DNA of 64,000 nt from Cetorhinus maximus. Taxonomy: Eukaryota. The translations under genes were made by a program, and so were the position numbers. Location of the stretch: assembly GCF_964194155.1 (NCBI RefSeq), contig NC_135893.1, positions 94,426,001 to 94,490,000 of the forward strand. Reading direction: 5' to 3'. The notes under the pieces were generated by a model. It saw only the letters and a list, made by a program, of their open reading frames with translations, searched no databases and was not told the DNA's origin. Below are positions 23,611 through 37,059 of the stretch, piece by piece (position 1 is the stretch's first letter; each line of letters starts with the position of its first letter).

Positions 23611-24807
23611 AATTTGCGGCCCTCCTGCTCAGGAGCAGCAGCAGGCTCTCTTTTCGGTGAAGTGCCAGAGAGCGCACCCCAAAATGGAGGCACGCTCTTG
23701 CCAACCTTTATTAAAATGCAAAATAAAAAGCTCCCTCAAGCAGCTGGGCCACCATCGTGAGGTCTGCTGTTAGGAGGCCGCCTCCAGGCATCAACGACTG
23801 GGACATTCCAGGTGGCCTCAGGCAATAGGCCTTAATATGCCCCTTAACCAGTTCAACCACTGATTGTGGGCAGGAAGGCCTACTGGACCACGCCTCCCTC
23901 CCCACCACCCCCACCACTCCCCAATCCCAACCCTGCCTCTGGGAAAACAGCACCACGGGTGCGATGAAGCCAGGGAATCAGCTTCGCAGCCACGTTGTGA
24001 TCCTGCCACTCCCTTCCCCACCTCCAGGCCCGCCCCCTTCGGGCTGCAAGTCCTCTCCAGGTGACTAGATAGCAACCCCATTCACACCTCTCCGGAATTT
24101 TATTTTTAGCTGAAGTGAGAATTTCTGGAGGGGTGTAAAACAAGCTGCTGACTCGCTATCACACTCCTGCACAAGGCGACCGTCTGACTCCCTTTGGTCC
24201 CAACAACTGTTTCTCCATCTGTCTTAACTGCTGTTTCTCGAGCCCCGAGATCAGGCAACTGGCTGAAACAACGCATCGCCCCGAAATCCATTTCTACAGT
24301 GCTGACAAAGACATTAAACCCATTCATTTTAAGCTGGCCAACACTGAAATAAGGAGGGGAGGAGCTTCAAGAGAAACATTAAGGGCCAATCAAACGGCAT
24401 TAATTTCAATTAGGGTCTGATTGCTGTGTGCTCATTCTTTCTTCCTGTCCAATTCAATTCTTCATCTTATTCTGTCCAACTTTAAAGACAGTGACTTTAA
24501 ATCAGGCTCCCCAAAACCTCTCCCCACTTTCTCTCCCTCCGCTTCATCCCAACGGACCTTTCATTATATGTTCCATTTCCCCACTAAATTTCTTTTAACC
24601 TCGTTTAAAATATACCCCTAACTCTCTTCCTCTAACCAAACGGCAGGAAGACAGGGGACTTTACTCGAGCCTGGCCTGATGTTGTGTTACCCAGGAAAAT
24701 GCATAAACGCTGCCAATATGCATAATCCATGGGCGGCATTACAATGGATTAATTGAACAAGCTCTGGGAGCCATTATGTAATGGAATCGCGTGCTGTTAC
24801 AAATATG

Positions 24808-24959
24808 GGCCAGGGTTTTATGGCCTCTCCCGCCCAGCAGGATATTATGGTTCTGCCGAACTGAATGGAGATTTAAATGGCCCGCCGCATTCGCCGGCGG
24901 TGGGGGAGGGGTGGGGTGGTGCAGGAGACATGCCACAGTGGAGCCGTAAAATCCTGGCC
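24808..24959. mobile_element. Harbinger-type MITE, 152 bp, ATG TSD
   Basis: TIRs GGCCAGGGTTTTATGGC / GCCGTAAAATCCTGGCC (15/17 match); ATG on both flanks. Confidence 0.8.
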
Positions 24960-25006
24960 ATGGCGTTTAAAAGATTGAGAGATGCGCTTTGGGACTGTGC
25001 CCTTTA

Positions 25007-25937
25007 AATTACGATAAGATGAAGGATGTCATGTGACCGGTCCTAAAAAGTCTGCCTAACAAAAGGCGTGGGCAATGTGGCGGCTAAAATTTAAAGGGAG
25101 GCCCAGATTGCTTTGCTGAGAAGGTGACGTGAAAAAAGCCCACACTTGGGAGACAATGGCAGTAGCAATTGTATTTACAGTAGGTGGGCTGCTAGTCTCC
25201 AAAGTCCTAGGAAGGTAATGAGAATGTTGGGATGTAACCAGTTATGCTTTAAAATGGCCACTTACTTCCAAAATAAAAGAGAACTGGGGTAATCAGCATT
25301 TCTACCTGGATACAAAGCCCATGTGATTCACGTAGCCATGGAGATGGGTTTTGAGGAGGGAAGGGTTTCCAAGATATTCCTGAAACTCACCAACACAGGC
25401 AGTCTGCCAGGATACAGGAGAGGGGGAGCAGCCAGAGGCAGAAAGTCTTTATGGCTTACCATGCGGGAATTCGGGTGGGAGCTCACGTTCGGATTGAAAA
25501 GACCGAATGTGTGAGGATTTGAAACCAGGCAAGAAGATTTGCCTAGCTTGCACTAGAGGGAGAACCACCAGGAAAAGCCCTCACTGTGGAAGTTAGCTCT
25601 GGGGTTAAACGTTACTAAGGTAAGAAGGGAAAAGAATGGAAGTGAACCCTTGGGAGCTAAGAATTGCTTTGGACTGGGTCCAGCAAATTTGAATGATTAT
25701 TTAAGGGACAGTGTAAAGTATACCTGTAAACTGGGTTTTAACGGATGTGTTAACAGGGGGAAAGTTCTGTTCCATAGTTTAAAGTACAAGGTGCTTACTA
25801 AAATAGTGTTCAGTCAATAGTCTTTTTAGTCTGTTTGTCACACATGAAAACTTGTGTGTCATCCTTTCAGCTTTCAACTGGAAGTTCAAATTTCATTTTT
25901 TTAAAAAAAGTTATCCATTTCTACAGGGTTCGTAACA
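25007..25937 (+). mobile_element. Probable solo LTR
   Basis: Ends TCGTAACA; starts (aa)TTACGA, a decayed complement. No clear TSD. Confidence 0.5.
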
Positions 25938-26297
25938 ATGCACATTATAACTCGGAGCTCAGACACACTGTGCAGAACTGAGTAACGTGAACGAATGGGG
26001 TTTGAATTTGTGAATTCTTTATTCATTTATAATCTTCCCTTCTAAATGTTTGCAATGATATTTAAAAGACCAATTACTAATACTTTTCTCATGTAACTGT
26101 TCTTCAGATGATATCTTGTCAGATGATTATACAGCGTTCTCATGATTATGCAATAGGTATGGTCAAAATCTTTGGGCCCTCAAGCTGCCAAGGTCTAAAC
26201 AGTTTGCCTGCTCCCTGGCTGGTATATTGACACTGTTGCCTGACTAACATGTAAAAACTCTTAACCTACTTCAGGCCTACCTAGTTATATACAAACT

Positions 26298-26853
26298 AAT
26301 AGGCCATTCACCCCCTCTAGCCTGCTCACCTTTTGATAAGATCATGACTGATCCGATTGTGGCCTCCGCTTTCCTGTCTACCTCCTATAACCTTTGGCCC
26401 ACTTGTTAATCAAGAATCTAACTCCGCCTTTCAAAATATTCAATGACCCTGCTTCCAATGAGAATTCCACAGACCAATGACCCTCAGAGAAAATTATTTC
26501 TCCTCATCTCCATCTTAAGCGAGAGATTCCTTGTTTTCAAAAATGTGTCCCCTCATTCTAGTCTCTCCCACAAGGGGAAACATCCTTTCAGCATCCACCC
26601 TATCAAGTCCTTCAGGGTCTTGTGTTTCAATAAGGTCACCTCTCATTCTTCTAAACTCCAATGGATACAGGCTCAGCCTGTCCAACCTTTCCTCGCAAAA
26701 TAACTCCTCCATCCCAGGAATCAGTTTAGGGAACTTTCTCTGAACTGCTTCTGATGCAATATATCCTCTCAACTTACTTTCCTACCTACTTTTGTGTCAT
26801 CAGCAAATTTAGCAAACATACATTTGGCCCCTTCATCCAAGTCATTGATATGG
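26298..26853 (-). mobile_element. CR1 ORF2 3' fragment
   Basis: Minus ORF EAVQRKFPKLIPGMEELFCEERLDRLSLYPLEFRRMRGDLIET. Confidence 0.88.
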
Positions 26854-26857
26854 ATCC

Positions 26858-27720
26858 TATGGTGATCGAATGTCTCGGCTTGGCCAGGACTGTCCCAGCT
26901 TTTCATTAACATCCCAGTGTCCCGATAACTTACTCAAAATGGCTCAAATATCCCAGGTTGTAGCTCTTCCCTCTTTCCATGAACTATATCAGAGATTCCC
27001 ATCAGCACTTCACCTTTTCGCACAGCATCAGTGTCTCTTCTCTTCGCTTTCTCTCCCCTTCCCTTTACCTCGCGCTCCACTCACTGTTGGCAAACCCTCT
27101 CGGCCGCACCCTGCCAATCACCAAACGTTGAGCAGCTCTGCCTCTTGCATGCGCAGAGCTCCTGCGCGCCGGCAACCAGAGCTGGCGCTGGGGGTGAATT
27201 TCACCCCCCACCCCCACCCCACCACTCCCACCCATAATGGACTAGTTCTCAATGGGCAGCCTTTTGCTGCCCTGGTCGGTTCACCTTTCAGTGCCCCGAT
27301 TGGCCGATTAGGGATTCCGTGGAGGAGGCTATAGCAGGAGAGAGCCAGAGGCCAACGGCAAAGAGTAGGGGAGAGCTGAAGGCAGGGGGGGTGGGGGACA
27401 CTGGGGGTAATTCACCCTCATGACTACCTAGGAGCCAGGAGGGAATCAGCCTCTGGGTCATGACAGAAGATTGACAGTGGCGTCCACCAGCCACAAGCCG
27501 CATTTGAAGGGGCAGTCAGTTGATGCCCATCAGTAAACCAATCAGTGCTGAGGAAGGTGGCAGGCAAGTTCGGTTGAGCCGTGGTACATTCAATCAAAAG
27601 TCATTGAAAGACCGGTGTCCTTTCCTGTGTACAAATAAAATCTCAAGGAGGTACGTTTGCTATTTTAAAATCCAGCTTCTGACCGAAAACCTCTATTGCT
27701 AGAAGCCAAGTGGGCAATGA
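26858..27720 (+). mobile_element. Possible 5' part of an old hAT-Blackjack element
   Basis: Start TATGGTGATCGAATGTCTCGGCTTGGCCAGGACTGTCCC resembles Blackjack-type termini. Right boundary uncertain. Confidence 0.4.
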
Positions 27721-27852
27721 AAATATACAAGGTTTTTAGATGGAGATTGGTTTTACTATTGTGCATTGCACAATAAAGTTACAGAGGAGAGAGGATCTAG
27801 GATCTTGTGACAAATGTAGCCTTGATTCAGTTCTTTAAGAAAATGACTCAGA

Positions 27853-28187
27853 GGGGGAGGCGGTGGCATGGTGGTATTGTCACTGGACTAGTATTCCATA
27901 GGCCCACGGTAATGCTCTGGGGACCTGGGTATGAATCCCACTACAGCAGATGGTGAAATTTGAATTCAATTAAAATCTGGAATTAAAAAAGTCTGATGAT
28001 GACCCAAAACCATTGCCGACTGTTGTAAAAACGTATCTGGTTCACTAATGCCCTTTAGGGAAGGAAATCTGCCACCCTTACCTGGTCTGGCCTACATGTG
28101 ACTCCAGGCCCACAGCAATTTGGTTGACTCTGGAAAGGGCAATAAATGCTGGCCTAGCCAACAACGCCCACATCCAATGAATAAAAA
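27853..28187 (+). mobile_element. tRNA-derived SINE with CR1-like tail
   Basis: Same family as 18670; ends GCCCACATCCAATGAATAAAA. Confidence 0.82.
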
Positions 28188-28384
28188 ATATATAATTGAA
28201 ACAAAAGTCTGTGATCTCTAACTGCTGTATTTAATAACTGGGTGCCTAATAGGGTTGCCAACACTGGTTGGACATATTCTGGGAGATGTCATCACATGAC
28301 CTAACCTCAACTGACCCTCCCTGACTCCTGCCATTGGTCGCCCAACATATGCATCATTAAGTAGCCCCACCTTCCCAAGACTTT

Positions 28385-29015
28385 TCATTATGTCATGGTT
28401 TTGACTTTTGTAAGTCTGGTTACCCTACCTTTCCCTGGTAATTGTAATTGTTTCAAGTTCCTCCCTCCCTTTAACCTCTTGGTTTACAAGTATTTCTGGG
28501 ATGTTATTGATGTCTTCAACTGTAAAGATAGACACAATATCTGTTCAATGCTTCTGTCATTTCCTTATTTCCCATTATTAATTGCCCAGACACACTCTCT
28601 AGAGGATCAACGCTCACTTTAAATACTCTTTTCCTTTTTAAATACATGTAGAAACACCTTTGTTTTTATATTTCTACCTAGCTTTCTCTCATACTCCAAT
28701 TTCTCCCTCTAATTTCTAAGTCATTATCTGCTGGTTTTTAAATTCAGTCCAATCTTCTGACCTACTGCTAATCTTTGCAGAATTATGTACACTTTCTTTC
28801 AATTTGATACGATCTTTAACTTCCTTAGGTAGCCACAGACAGTGCATCCATCTCTTAGAGTCTTTCTTCTTTTCTGAATGTGATGAAATCGCTCCTTAAA
28901 ATGTCTGCCACTACATCTCTACTGACCTATCCCTTAACCTAATTTCCCAGTTCACTTTAACCAGCTCTGTCCTCATACCCTTGCAATTGCCTTTGTTTAA
29001 ATTTAAAACACTAGT
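28385..29015 (-). mobile_element. Old CR1 ORF2 internal fragment
   Basis: Pyrimidine-rich decayed CR1-like sequence (AATCTTCTGACCTACTGCTAATCTTTGC, CCCTTAACCTAATTTCCCAG). Confidence 0.6.
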
Positions 29016-29334
29016 TTTATGGAAACAAATGTTTGGAGTGAAGAATGCAAACCCCAAAACCTACATCTTTCTGTTAATAATACTAATAAGATTCCCAACA
29101 CTAAGCTGTATATGCTTTACCAATCACTCTTCACATGTCACTAAATAACCTGAGCATAGACAGAACACAATGCTCATTTATTTAGACCGTCTGAGTTACC
29201 ATCAGCTCCTTTCTGCTGCTATTAGAAATAAAGACAGAGGCTTGTGGTCGTTATGTAAAGAGTTCCCAACTCCAGTTCCCACCTTGGGTATTGGATATCT
29301 GTAGTGCCTTCTCCCAAAAACTTGTTGATGCAAC

Positions 29335-29497
29335 TGAAAATGTCAAGCAAAGATCAATAGGTTTTTGTTGGGCAAGGTATTGAAGGTTACAGAACCAAGG
29401 TGGGCAGATGGAGTTAAGATACAGATCAGCCATAATCTAACTGAATAGTGAAACAGGCTCGAGGGGCTGAATGGTATACTCCTGTTCTTATGTTCTT
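29335..29497 (+). mobile_element. CR1 3' tail
   Basis: GATACAGATCAGCCATAATCTAACTGAATAG...GAGGGGCTGAATGG. Confidence 0.72.
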
Positions 29498-30003
29498 TTC
29501 AATGGGTATTCAGATATGGGAACAAGGTCTTTAAATCCATAGATGACAAACGTCCTCAGGAACAAAGGCACCAAAAAAATTTTTTAAAGAACCTTAGTAT
29601 AAGGTTTACCTAATTTTTAGGGTTTGTTCTTGGTATGTAGCATCAATGTGTTTTATTCTTTAACCACTTTTTAAATTAAATAGTTCAGTTTGAATTTCTG
29701 TTAGCGAGGCAATAGACAGTGAAGGCAGTTGGGATACTTTACCAGATGGCAGCTGTTGACAGAAACTACACTTAAATGGTTTGATGACTAAGTTGGCCGA
29801 GAGTCTGGATTCAGCAGCTCTGTGCTTGGAGAAATGGCGGAAAAGTAGTTTGAACTTAGGATGACACCTTGGCTGGAATTTTCCAGCATCCAGCCCGTCC
29901 CCTCCCCCACGACGGGGCAGGTGAACCATTGAAATTTCCGTTCACATTGGCAGGTCCGGGAGATTCCGGCCCTGACTTAACTGTATTTGTCGGACAGAAC
30001 ATC

Positions 30004-30756
30004 TGTATTAGAGGGAAACTTTTCTTTCTTATCTGACATGAGGATAGAAGTGCTTTTAACATTTGTTCTTAATGGTTTTAGTGTTTGTGGGAATGGGTTA
30101 GGGTACGTTGATGTGAACGTTGACGATAGGGGTACTTTTGGCAAGAGGATGCGATGTTGCTGATATGTTAGATACAGGTCACCAAAGGATGTAGTGTTTG
30201 TGCACAACGGAATGTACACTCTGGGGTCCCGGGGGGAAAAGGATGGGCATTTGCCTTTAGTCTACATGACTCTAGTCACAGAGGTGGGGGTGACATCGGA
30301 TGACTCGCATCTAAACCAATGGAAGAGGTGAATTTGGACTATTTTGAAATAAGGGATTCAGGAATAATGAGAAGTGGGGATAATAGTTGGAAAATCAGAT
30401 TCTTTGTTGGCACTGTTTAACCATGGCTTCTGGGGTATGATTCTCCTCAACCCAGTTCAACATCACTTCAGAAATAGAAGGGGAAGACATCGCCTGTGCT
30501 GGCAACACTCAAGGAATCCTGGGAACAGGAGGGATGAGGAACTTCCATGTTGTCTTCACTGTTTTTGTTCAGTATATGTAAAATCTTGCTTAATAAATTC
30601 TACTTGATCCATAAAGGCTAATTATTTGTACCTTGTCAGGTCAGGCACAAATGAGGACCCTAGAATTAGAAATTAAGAATTAGGAACTTAATTAGGATTA
30701 GGAATTAGGATTTTAATTAGAAGGGTTGTATACCTCAAAACCCCTAAAATCTTACA
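30004..30756 (+). mobile_element. Possible solo LTR
   Basis: TGTA...CTTACA ends, AATAAA near 30592, internal degenerate AATTAGG repeats at 30661-30720. No TSD found. Confidence 0.4.
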
Positions 30757-31359
30757 TTAGTTTCAAATCTCGGTGGTGCTCACATAGTTTAAAGTAGTTT
30801 GCCCATTCCTGCACCAGTTTACTCAAAAAGTTCTCTTTTAAACGTTCTCTTTTCCTCTTTAAAAATTCTTTTCCATGAAATGCGCATTTATTGCTTTTAA
30901 CATGGAGGCAAGGCGACATGCTTCAAATCAGTTTGATTAGTGAATCTTCCAGTGAATCAGTGAAACAACCTCGAATATCCAGTAACTGTTCACTTCTGTG
31001 TCTCTCAATGAATGCATAAAAGGTCTGTATTATGAGTACAAGACACTATCCCTTTGTACTTACAAATCAGCTCAAATCATTTGACAGCACAAGACAACAT
31101 TCATAGCCATGTGCTTTGTAAATTTTCTATCCTTTTTTGTCTCCCCTCCTCATCACTCCTTCTGCACTCAACCTATCCTCCCTTTATTCAGGCCAATGAG
31201 CTATCACCTCTTACTATTATATTATTCCCAGTATCTGGCTCAGCAAAGGCTCAGAGTGATGAAGGGATGTCCTGCTCTCGCCCCCACTTCCCCACCCTAA
31301 ATGTACACCCCAGGTATGTGGAAGGTCCCTGTTCTCTCCCTGCTCAACCCATAGCATTC

Positions 31360-31560
31360 TTTCAAAGAAGAGCAAGGGAGTCAAACTCAGTGCTCTGGCT
31401 GGTATTTATCCCTCAATCAACAGGTCACATTGCTGTTTGTGGGAGTTTGCTGTGCACAAATTGGCTGCAACGTTTCCTACATTACAATAGCGACTACACT
31501 TCAAAAAGCACTTCACTGACTGTAAAGCGCTTTGAGACATCTGGTGGTCATGAAAAAGGC
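31360..31560 (+). mobile_element. Deu-SINE 3' half
   Basis: CATTGCTGTTTGTGGGAGTTTGCTGTGCACAAATTGGCTGC...TTTCCTACATTACAA. Confidence 0.72.
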
Positions 31561-32053
31561 AATATACCTCAGATGTCAACCTTTGAAACTTCAAAAATCC
31601 CTCCAAAAAAAAAATGGGGGTGGCATTATATGCCAAGTATGAAAAAGTGAACAGCCGGTGAGAGTTTGGATGGTCACCATTTTGAAATGTTATCGGCATC
31701 TGATGCAAAACCCGGGCGTCTTAAACTCCTGCACATTTTCACAACCACAGCCCGTATCGCCTACTCGATCCCTTGTGCCCAGTTAAAAGGTCCCAGTAAG
31801 TTAAAACATGCATTTGTGGAGTGAAAAAAAATTGAGGCTGACTATTAATCGGACATGATATTTGGAGCCAGAAAAATGGACTTGTCTTGTGCACCGGGTC
31901 AACTTACATGCTATAATTTATGGTAAATTCAAATCCTTTTTTCCCCCCACCCACTCTGATGAGAAAAAAAATCATCTACATTTCAATCCCTTTTCTCCAG
32001 ACAGACCATTCCAAACCCTGTTGAAGATTGGTGGAAAGTCCAGACAAGACATG

Positions 32054-32737
32054 GGGCTGGATTTTTTTTTACAGACCTCACCAGCATACTGGCAGGCAGG
32101 GGGAAAATCTCAAAATAAAGCACATGGCCTTCCTGCCCTGTCTCCCATATTATGGGGGGCTGGAGGGGATGATGGTGTTAGGCAGTCCACCACCCTTCGG
32201 CCTCTCGTGCTATACGTTATATTACGTGTGGCAGGGGAAGGCAGAGGCAAGGCAGGTAGCCCGGTAGCTTGCACTGCACAGGCAAGGAGTGGGGAAGGGC
32301 TCCTTTGGGGAATCCCCTGTGCTCACTGGAGGCACCCCTCCTCCACCGCCCCCCCCCCTCCCCCCACCCTTAACCCTCCCCCCACACGCCCCTTGCTGAG
32401 GTCTGCCAGCCAAGCCTGTCCAAGCACTGGAGGTCCAGTCTCCATCACTCCCTCTTCTTGAGGGCTGCCTGTAGTCCCAGCATCGGCCACCACTCGAACC
32501 TGGCGCTGCTGAGACTACAGAAATGCCAGCCAATCAGCTTGGCTAGCAGCCCTCCAAGGCGGGACTCCTTCCTCAGACGCGGGGTGGAAAACTCACCCCG
32601 AGATAATTAAGGCTGCTCCCAATGTAAAATGGCTGCGGGGCAGCCAGTTTTTGGGTGGGGCTGGCTGACTACCAACTTTTCAGTTGTGGTGGGGGAGGGG
32701 GGGTGACGGTGAACATGGCCTCTGTAAAATCCAGCCC
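32054..32737. mobile_element. Harbinger-type MITE, 684 bp
   Basis: TIRs GGGCTGGATTTT / AAAATCCAGCCC; 3-bp flanks ATG / ACG. Confidence 0.78.
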
Positions 32738-33610
32738 ACGAGTCTTTTCCAGGACTGGTTCACAGCTGACATTTCAACCAATCCAGAATTGGATTAGCAA
32801 TAAAATAGTTTAACTTTACTGGAAATAAAATGGATTACTGCTTTGATTTAAAGTTCATTTGCATGGCCATCAATGACAAACACCAATGTCCACAAGAAAC
32901 AAAGTACAGCTGGCTTGATGGAGCCTCCATTATCACCATACAACGCTTCTCAGAGCTTACTGGACTAACTTGACATCTTGGTAGCACCTAGTGTCATGTG
33001 TTAGAGAGAGAAAACAAACAACAATCCTAGTTGTTTCCTCCACAGCTGAAGACACATTGCTGGCACCTGGAGGTCTTGTAAGATGCTTTGCCTTTTTTAA
33101 AAATAAACATTAAGGTTGCATGAGCCAGTGATATGATTATCACGTTGCCAGCTGACTTTGTCACTAGGTTTTATTTCATTGTTAAAAGACAATCAAAAAT
33201 GTTTTGAAATTATTTGCCAAAATTCTTCCCCAAATGCTCCATTAAAAAGGTAAAAAAAAGATTTGCACTTATATAGAATTTATCCCAAACTTCCAAGACC
33301 CCGAAATACCTTGACAACCAAATATGTACTTTTTGAAGCGTAGCCACTTCATGTAATGTCGGCAGCACAGCAATCAATCCCACAAACAACCTGGTGATAG
33401 ACTCCAAAAGCAAAACGCTGCAGATGCTGGAAATCTGAAATAAAACAGAAACTGTGGGAGAGACTCAGTCAGCAACTGTAGAAATGACCCTTCACCTTTC
33501 CTGCGACTGAAAGAAGACTTATCCCTCAGCGGTCACCGCCAACATTTTTCTATCCTTTCCGCTTCCAGATGCGGACTATGTTGGCATCCTCGAGAGTGCA
33601 AGGTCCTGTG

Positions 33611-33680
33611 CAGGTTGACCAACCGTCTCTTATTTTAATAGATTGTCCCACGTCCCGGGTTGCGAGAGTTGGTCACCCTG
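33611..33680. mobile_element. 70-bp hAT mini-MITE with perfect 8-bp TSD
   Basis: TSD GTCCTGTG at 33603-33610 and 33681-33688; TIRs CAGGTTGACCAAC / GTTGGTCACCCTG. Confidence 0.88.
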
Positions 33681-33884
33681 GTCCTGTGAAGCTTTTTCCT
33701 GACCCCAGAGACTCTTAAAGATGGCTGCAAGCTTGTTAACGAGCTCTGTGCTGTTACATTTCCAAATCTCTGCTGGAATGCCCTCTTAGGCCATGGGCTT
33801 TTCCTCATTTGGTTGATTTGATTGCCTTTATCACCTCTTCCGTGGAAGGAGGGAGAGACGAGCATTCGTTTCCTTTTTTGGCCT

Positions 33885-34212
33885 CTCTTCCACAAACAGC
33901 AATGTGATAATGGCATGATAATCTGCTTTTGGCAATGCTGGTTGAGAGACAGGTATGGTCAAGGCACTGGGGAGAAATTCCCTGTACTTTTTAAAAAAGT
34001 GCCATCAACTTTAAGCTCACCTGCGAAGGGACACATGACCTTGGCTTAAATCCTCATCTGAAAGACAGGTGTCTATGCACCACTGACACTGCAGCACTCC
34101 CAGAGTACTGCACCAGGAGTATCAGTCTAGAATGTGTATTCAAATCTCTGGAGTGAGAGTTAAACCCACAATCTTCTGACTCAGGTGAGGGTGGTACCAA
34201 CTGAGCCACCAC
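33885..34212 (-). mobile_element. Deu-domain SINE
   Basis: CTCATCTGAAAGACAG...GCAGCACTCCCAGAGTACTGCAC...CCAACTGAGCC. Confidence 0.8.
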
Positions 34213-36427
34213 TAACACTTTGCCAACAGTGCTGTGGTTAATTTAGTAAGTGCGAAGGATGAAGGGACACTTTGCTTGCCAAAGTAGTGCTGCCATTAGC
34301 AGGTTTTTAAGTGTGCAATAGTTACCAGGCTGTACAGAACCAAGCTGTATAACCTATGTGGTCAATTTACCACATCACCATTGATTAAACAGATTTACGC
34401 AATCAACGGATCCAACTGCAGTTCACATGACTTGGCCCATTGGCTGACGCGAGTTTCCATCATGCTAAGTCGCTACGCTGAAGATTACTTACAAACAGGA
34501 TATGGTGTCTAAAGGTGTTTCCTGTAACACAATACGGTGAAGATTCAAAAACAAAGGCAGCAGAAGTGTTGCCTTTGCAAGTCCAAATTGAAACTTTAAA
34601 GCTACACAGGCTTTATCGTGTTGACCTGACACTAAGTCGCTAACTGTGTGCTCATTCGTCAGGACATCTCATGCTGAAGCTGGATATAAATAAGCCAAAT
34701 TCACATTATTGGACTTTATTCTTTGCCACCATTACTTGAAGATGTTAGTGCAATCTTGAGGCAGAGTGTTAATATTAACCCTTTATTAAAAACTTCAGGT
34801 ACACCAATTTTCACGTTAGTTAGATAGATTCTTCTCACCACAAAATCCACTTTAAACCGGTGGATAAGTGCGGCACACGGTGCGGCACAGATTGGTTCCT
34901 GTGCAGAGCTGGCTAAAGGTAAACTGGGATGGCAATGGAAAACTACTCCGATAGATAGATTTTTGTTAGGCGAAGGCATTAAGGGTTTACAGAACCAAGG
35001 CAAGTAAGCAGCATTAAACCATGATCTGCCAGTGGGACATCATAGTGTGGACCATAACAGGCTATTTCACCTAGTCCAGGCTTGAGGGGATGAATGGCCC
35101 TACTCCCGTGCCTATATGCCTTGTGTTAAGGTGAGAATGGAAGCTGGTGGGGCAAGGGGATCAGATCAACCAGAGTTCCTTCTTTCCAACTGGGATTTCA
35201 CTCCTGACCATTATCCAGTGATTACCTGCCAGGAAGTGGACATCAGTTGAGGTCTGGATCCAGTTTGGCTATGACACGCCCACATGAAGATCAGCCTAGT
35301 TGTGATCACAGTCCAAACACACAAGGATCACTATATGGACAGGCAGCACTGAAGCACAAGCCATTACAATCAGACAGGCTTGGACAGCTTCACATGGTTA
35401 ATCACAAATTGAAGGGCTGCATTTTCACGGTGCTCCAGATTATAATGATGATTACGGTGGTATGGTTAATCTGCTTTGAGTTGAGGGATAATTATTGATC
35501 AGGGCACCAGCAATAACTCCCCTGCTCTTAGTCAAGGGCCTTGAAGATGCAATGAATGGAGCAAAGTCCCAGAATCATTGAAGCAGGCCATTCAGTCCAT
35601 CATGTCCATGCTGGCTTTCTGAGAAAGCTACCAATTGGTCCCAATTCTCCTGACCTTCTCCCCACAGCCCTCCAGATCGTTCCTTATTAAGTGTATTTCC
35701 AATTCCCTTTTGGAAGTTACCACTGAACCTGCTTCCACCACTCTTTCAGACAGCGGATTCCAGATCATAATCCCCATGTCCTCTGGTTATCAACGCTCTT
35801 GCCAGTAGTCTAGGGGAGAAATTGGCGTGCGTGCCACTGCTTATTAATATCATTCATGAACTCTCCGTACATGTGGCAGCCCACATTGCTACCTGCCCCC
35901 CCAGGGGATCAACTCTAACCTGAGTACGCAAACAAACTTCTCCTCTTTTCTCTCTGTCTACTCTACCAAAACCTTTGATCACTTTGAACATCTCTATTAA
36001 ATTACCCCTTAACCTTCTCCGCTGTAAGGAGAACAAAATCCTAAATAAAATCGAAGACAAATCACCACCATTGAACTTGGAGAACGACATGTGCAAACAA
36101 GATTTTTCAACTGTGCCGCGTGTGTGTGTGTCGGGGGGGAGTTAGAGACATTGCCATCACCCTTTCCCAAATCAAACCGGTTTCACTCCTGCTGGCTTTT
36201 TATGCTGCAGGTCGTATGAACTTTGAACATAAAATTCTTCCTAAACAACACGGCACTGACTTTAATATTGGTTTAGTGCCGCTCACCACTGTCATGGACT
36301 GTCACGCCCACACCATCAATAATGAGTTTACAAAGCACACGAATCTCCAACTGAAAACACTGAAGAGAAATACATTTCCCTATCCCCACCTTACCCCAAT
36401 GTTTGCTGAGATTACAACAACAATTTA

Positions 36428-36870
36428 GATTTACATGTTTATAATCGAGGATGCACAAGAGGCCTTTAATATAATGAAACGTTCTAAGGTGCTTCACAGA
36501 GAACAAGCATGACACCGAACCATATAAGCTTTTAGTCATCTGACTGAACATCCCCTTAAGTCAGAGGTGGGTTTTAAGAAGTGTCTTAAAGGAGGAAAGT
36601 GAGGTAGAGAGGTGCAAGGAGGGAATTCCAGAGTAGGGGGCCTGGGAAACTGAAGGCACAGCCACCAATGGGGGAGCAATTACAATTGGGACCGTACAAG
36701 GGGCCAGAATGAGAGGAGCGCAGGTGTTTCAGTGGGTTGATGGAGATAACAGAAATAGGGAGGGGGGAGAACATGGAGGGATTCGAAAATAAGGATGGGA
36801 ATTTTAAAATTAAGACGTTGCTTTATGGGGTACCAATGTAGGTCAAGTGAGCACTGGAGGTGACAGACAT
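36428..36870 (-). mobile_element. L2 LINE 3' fragment
   Basis: Minus ORFs LHWYPIKQRLNFKIPILIFESLH and AFSFPGPLLWNSL. Confidence 0.8.
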
Positions 36871-37059
36871 TCAAATCCAATCTGTTAAAATCTGGCCTCT
36901 TACCTTCTTGCTTGTCTTGACTACATGCTGCTGTGCTATGCAAAATGTCAGCTCGTGACATTACCCTGCAAGGTCCCCCATTACTTCCACTTCCTACAGC
37001 CCATTGCTGTGGTCAACTGCTTCCCCGTGATTGCGAAAAATATTACAGAAAGGAGGTGA

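Noticed and set aside
31054-32461. 198-aa and 199-aa ORFs
   Set aside because: They cross SINE and MITE boundaries, have non-ATG starts and show no recognisable domain.
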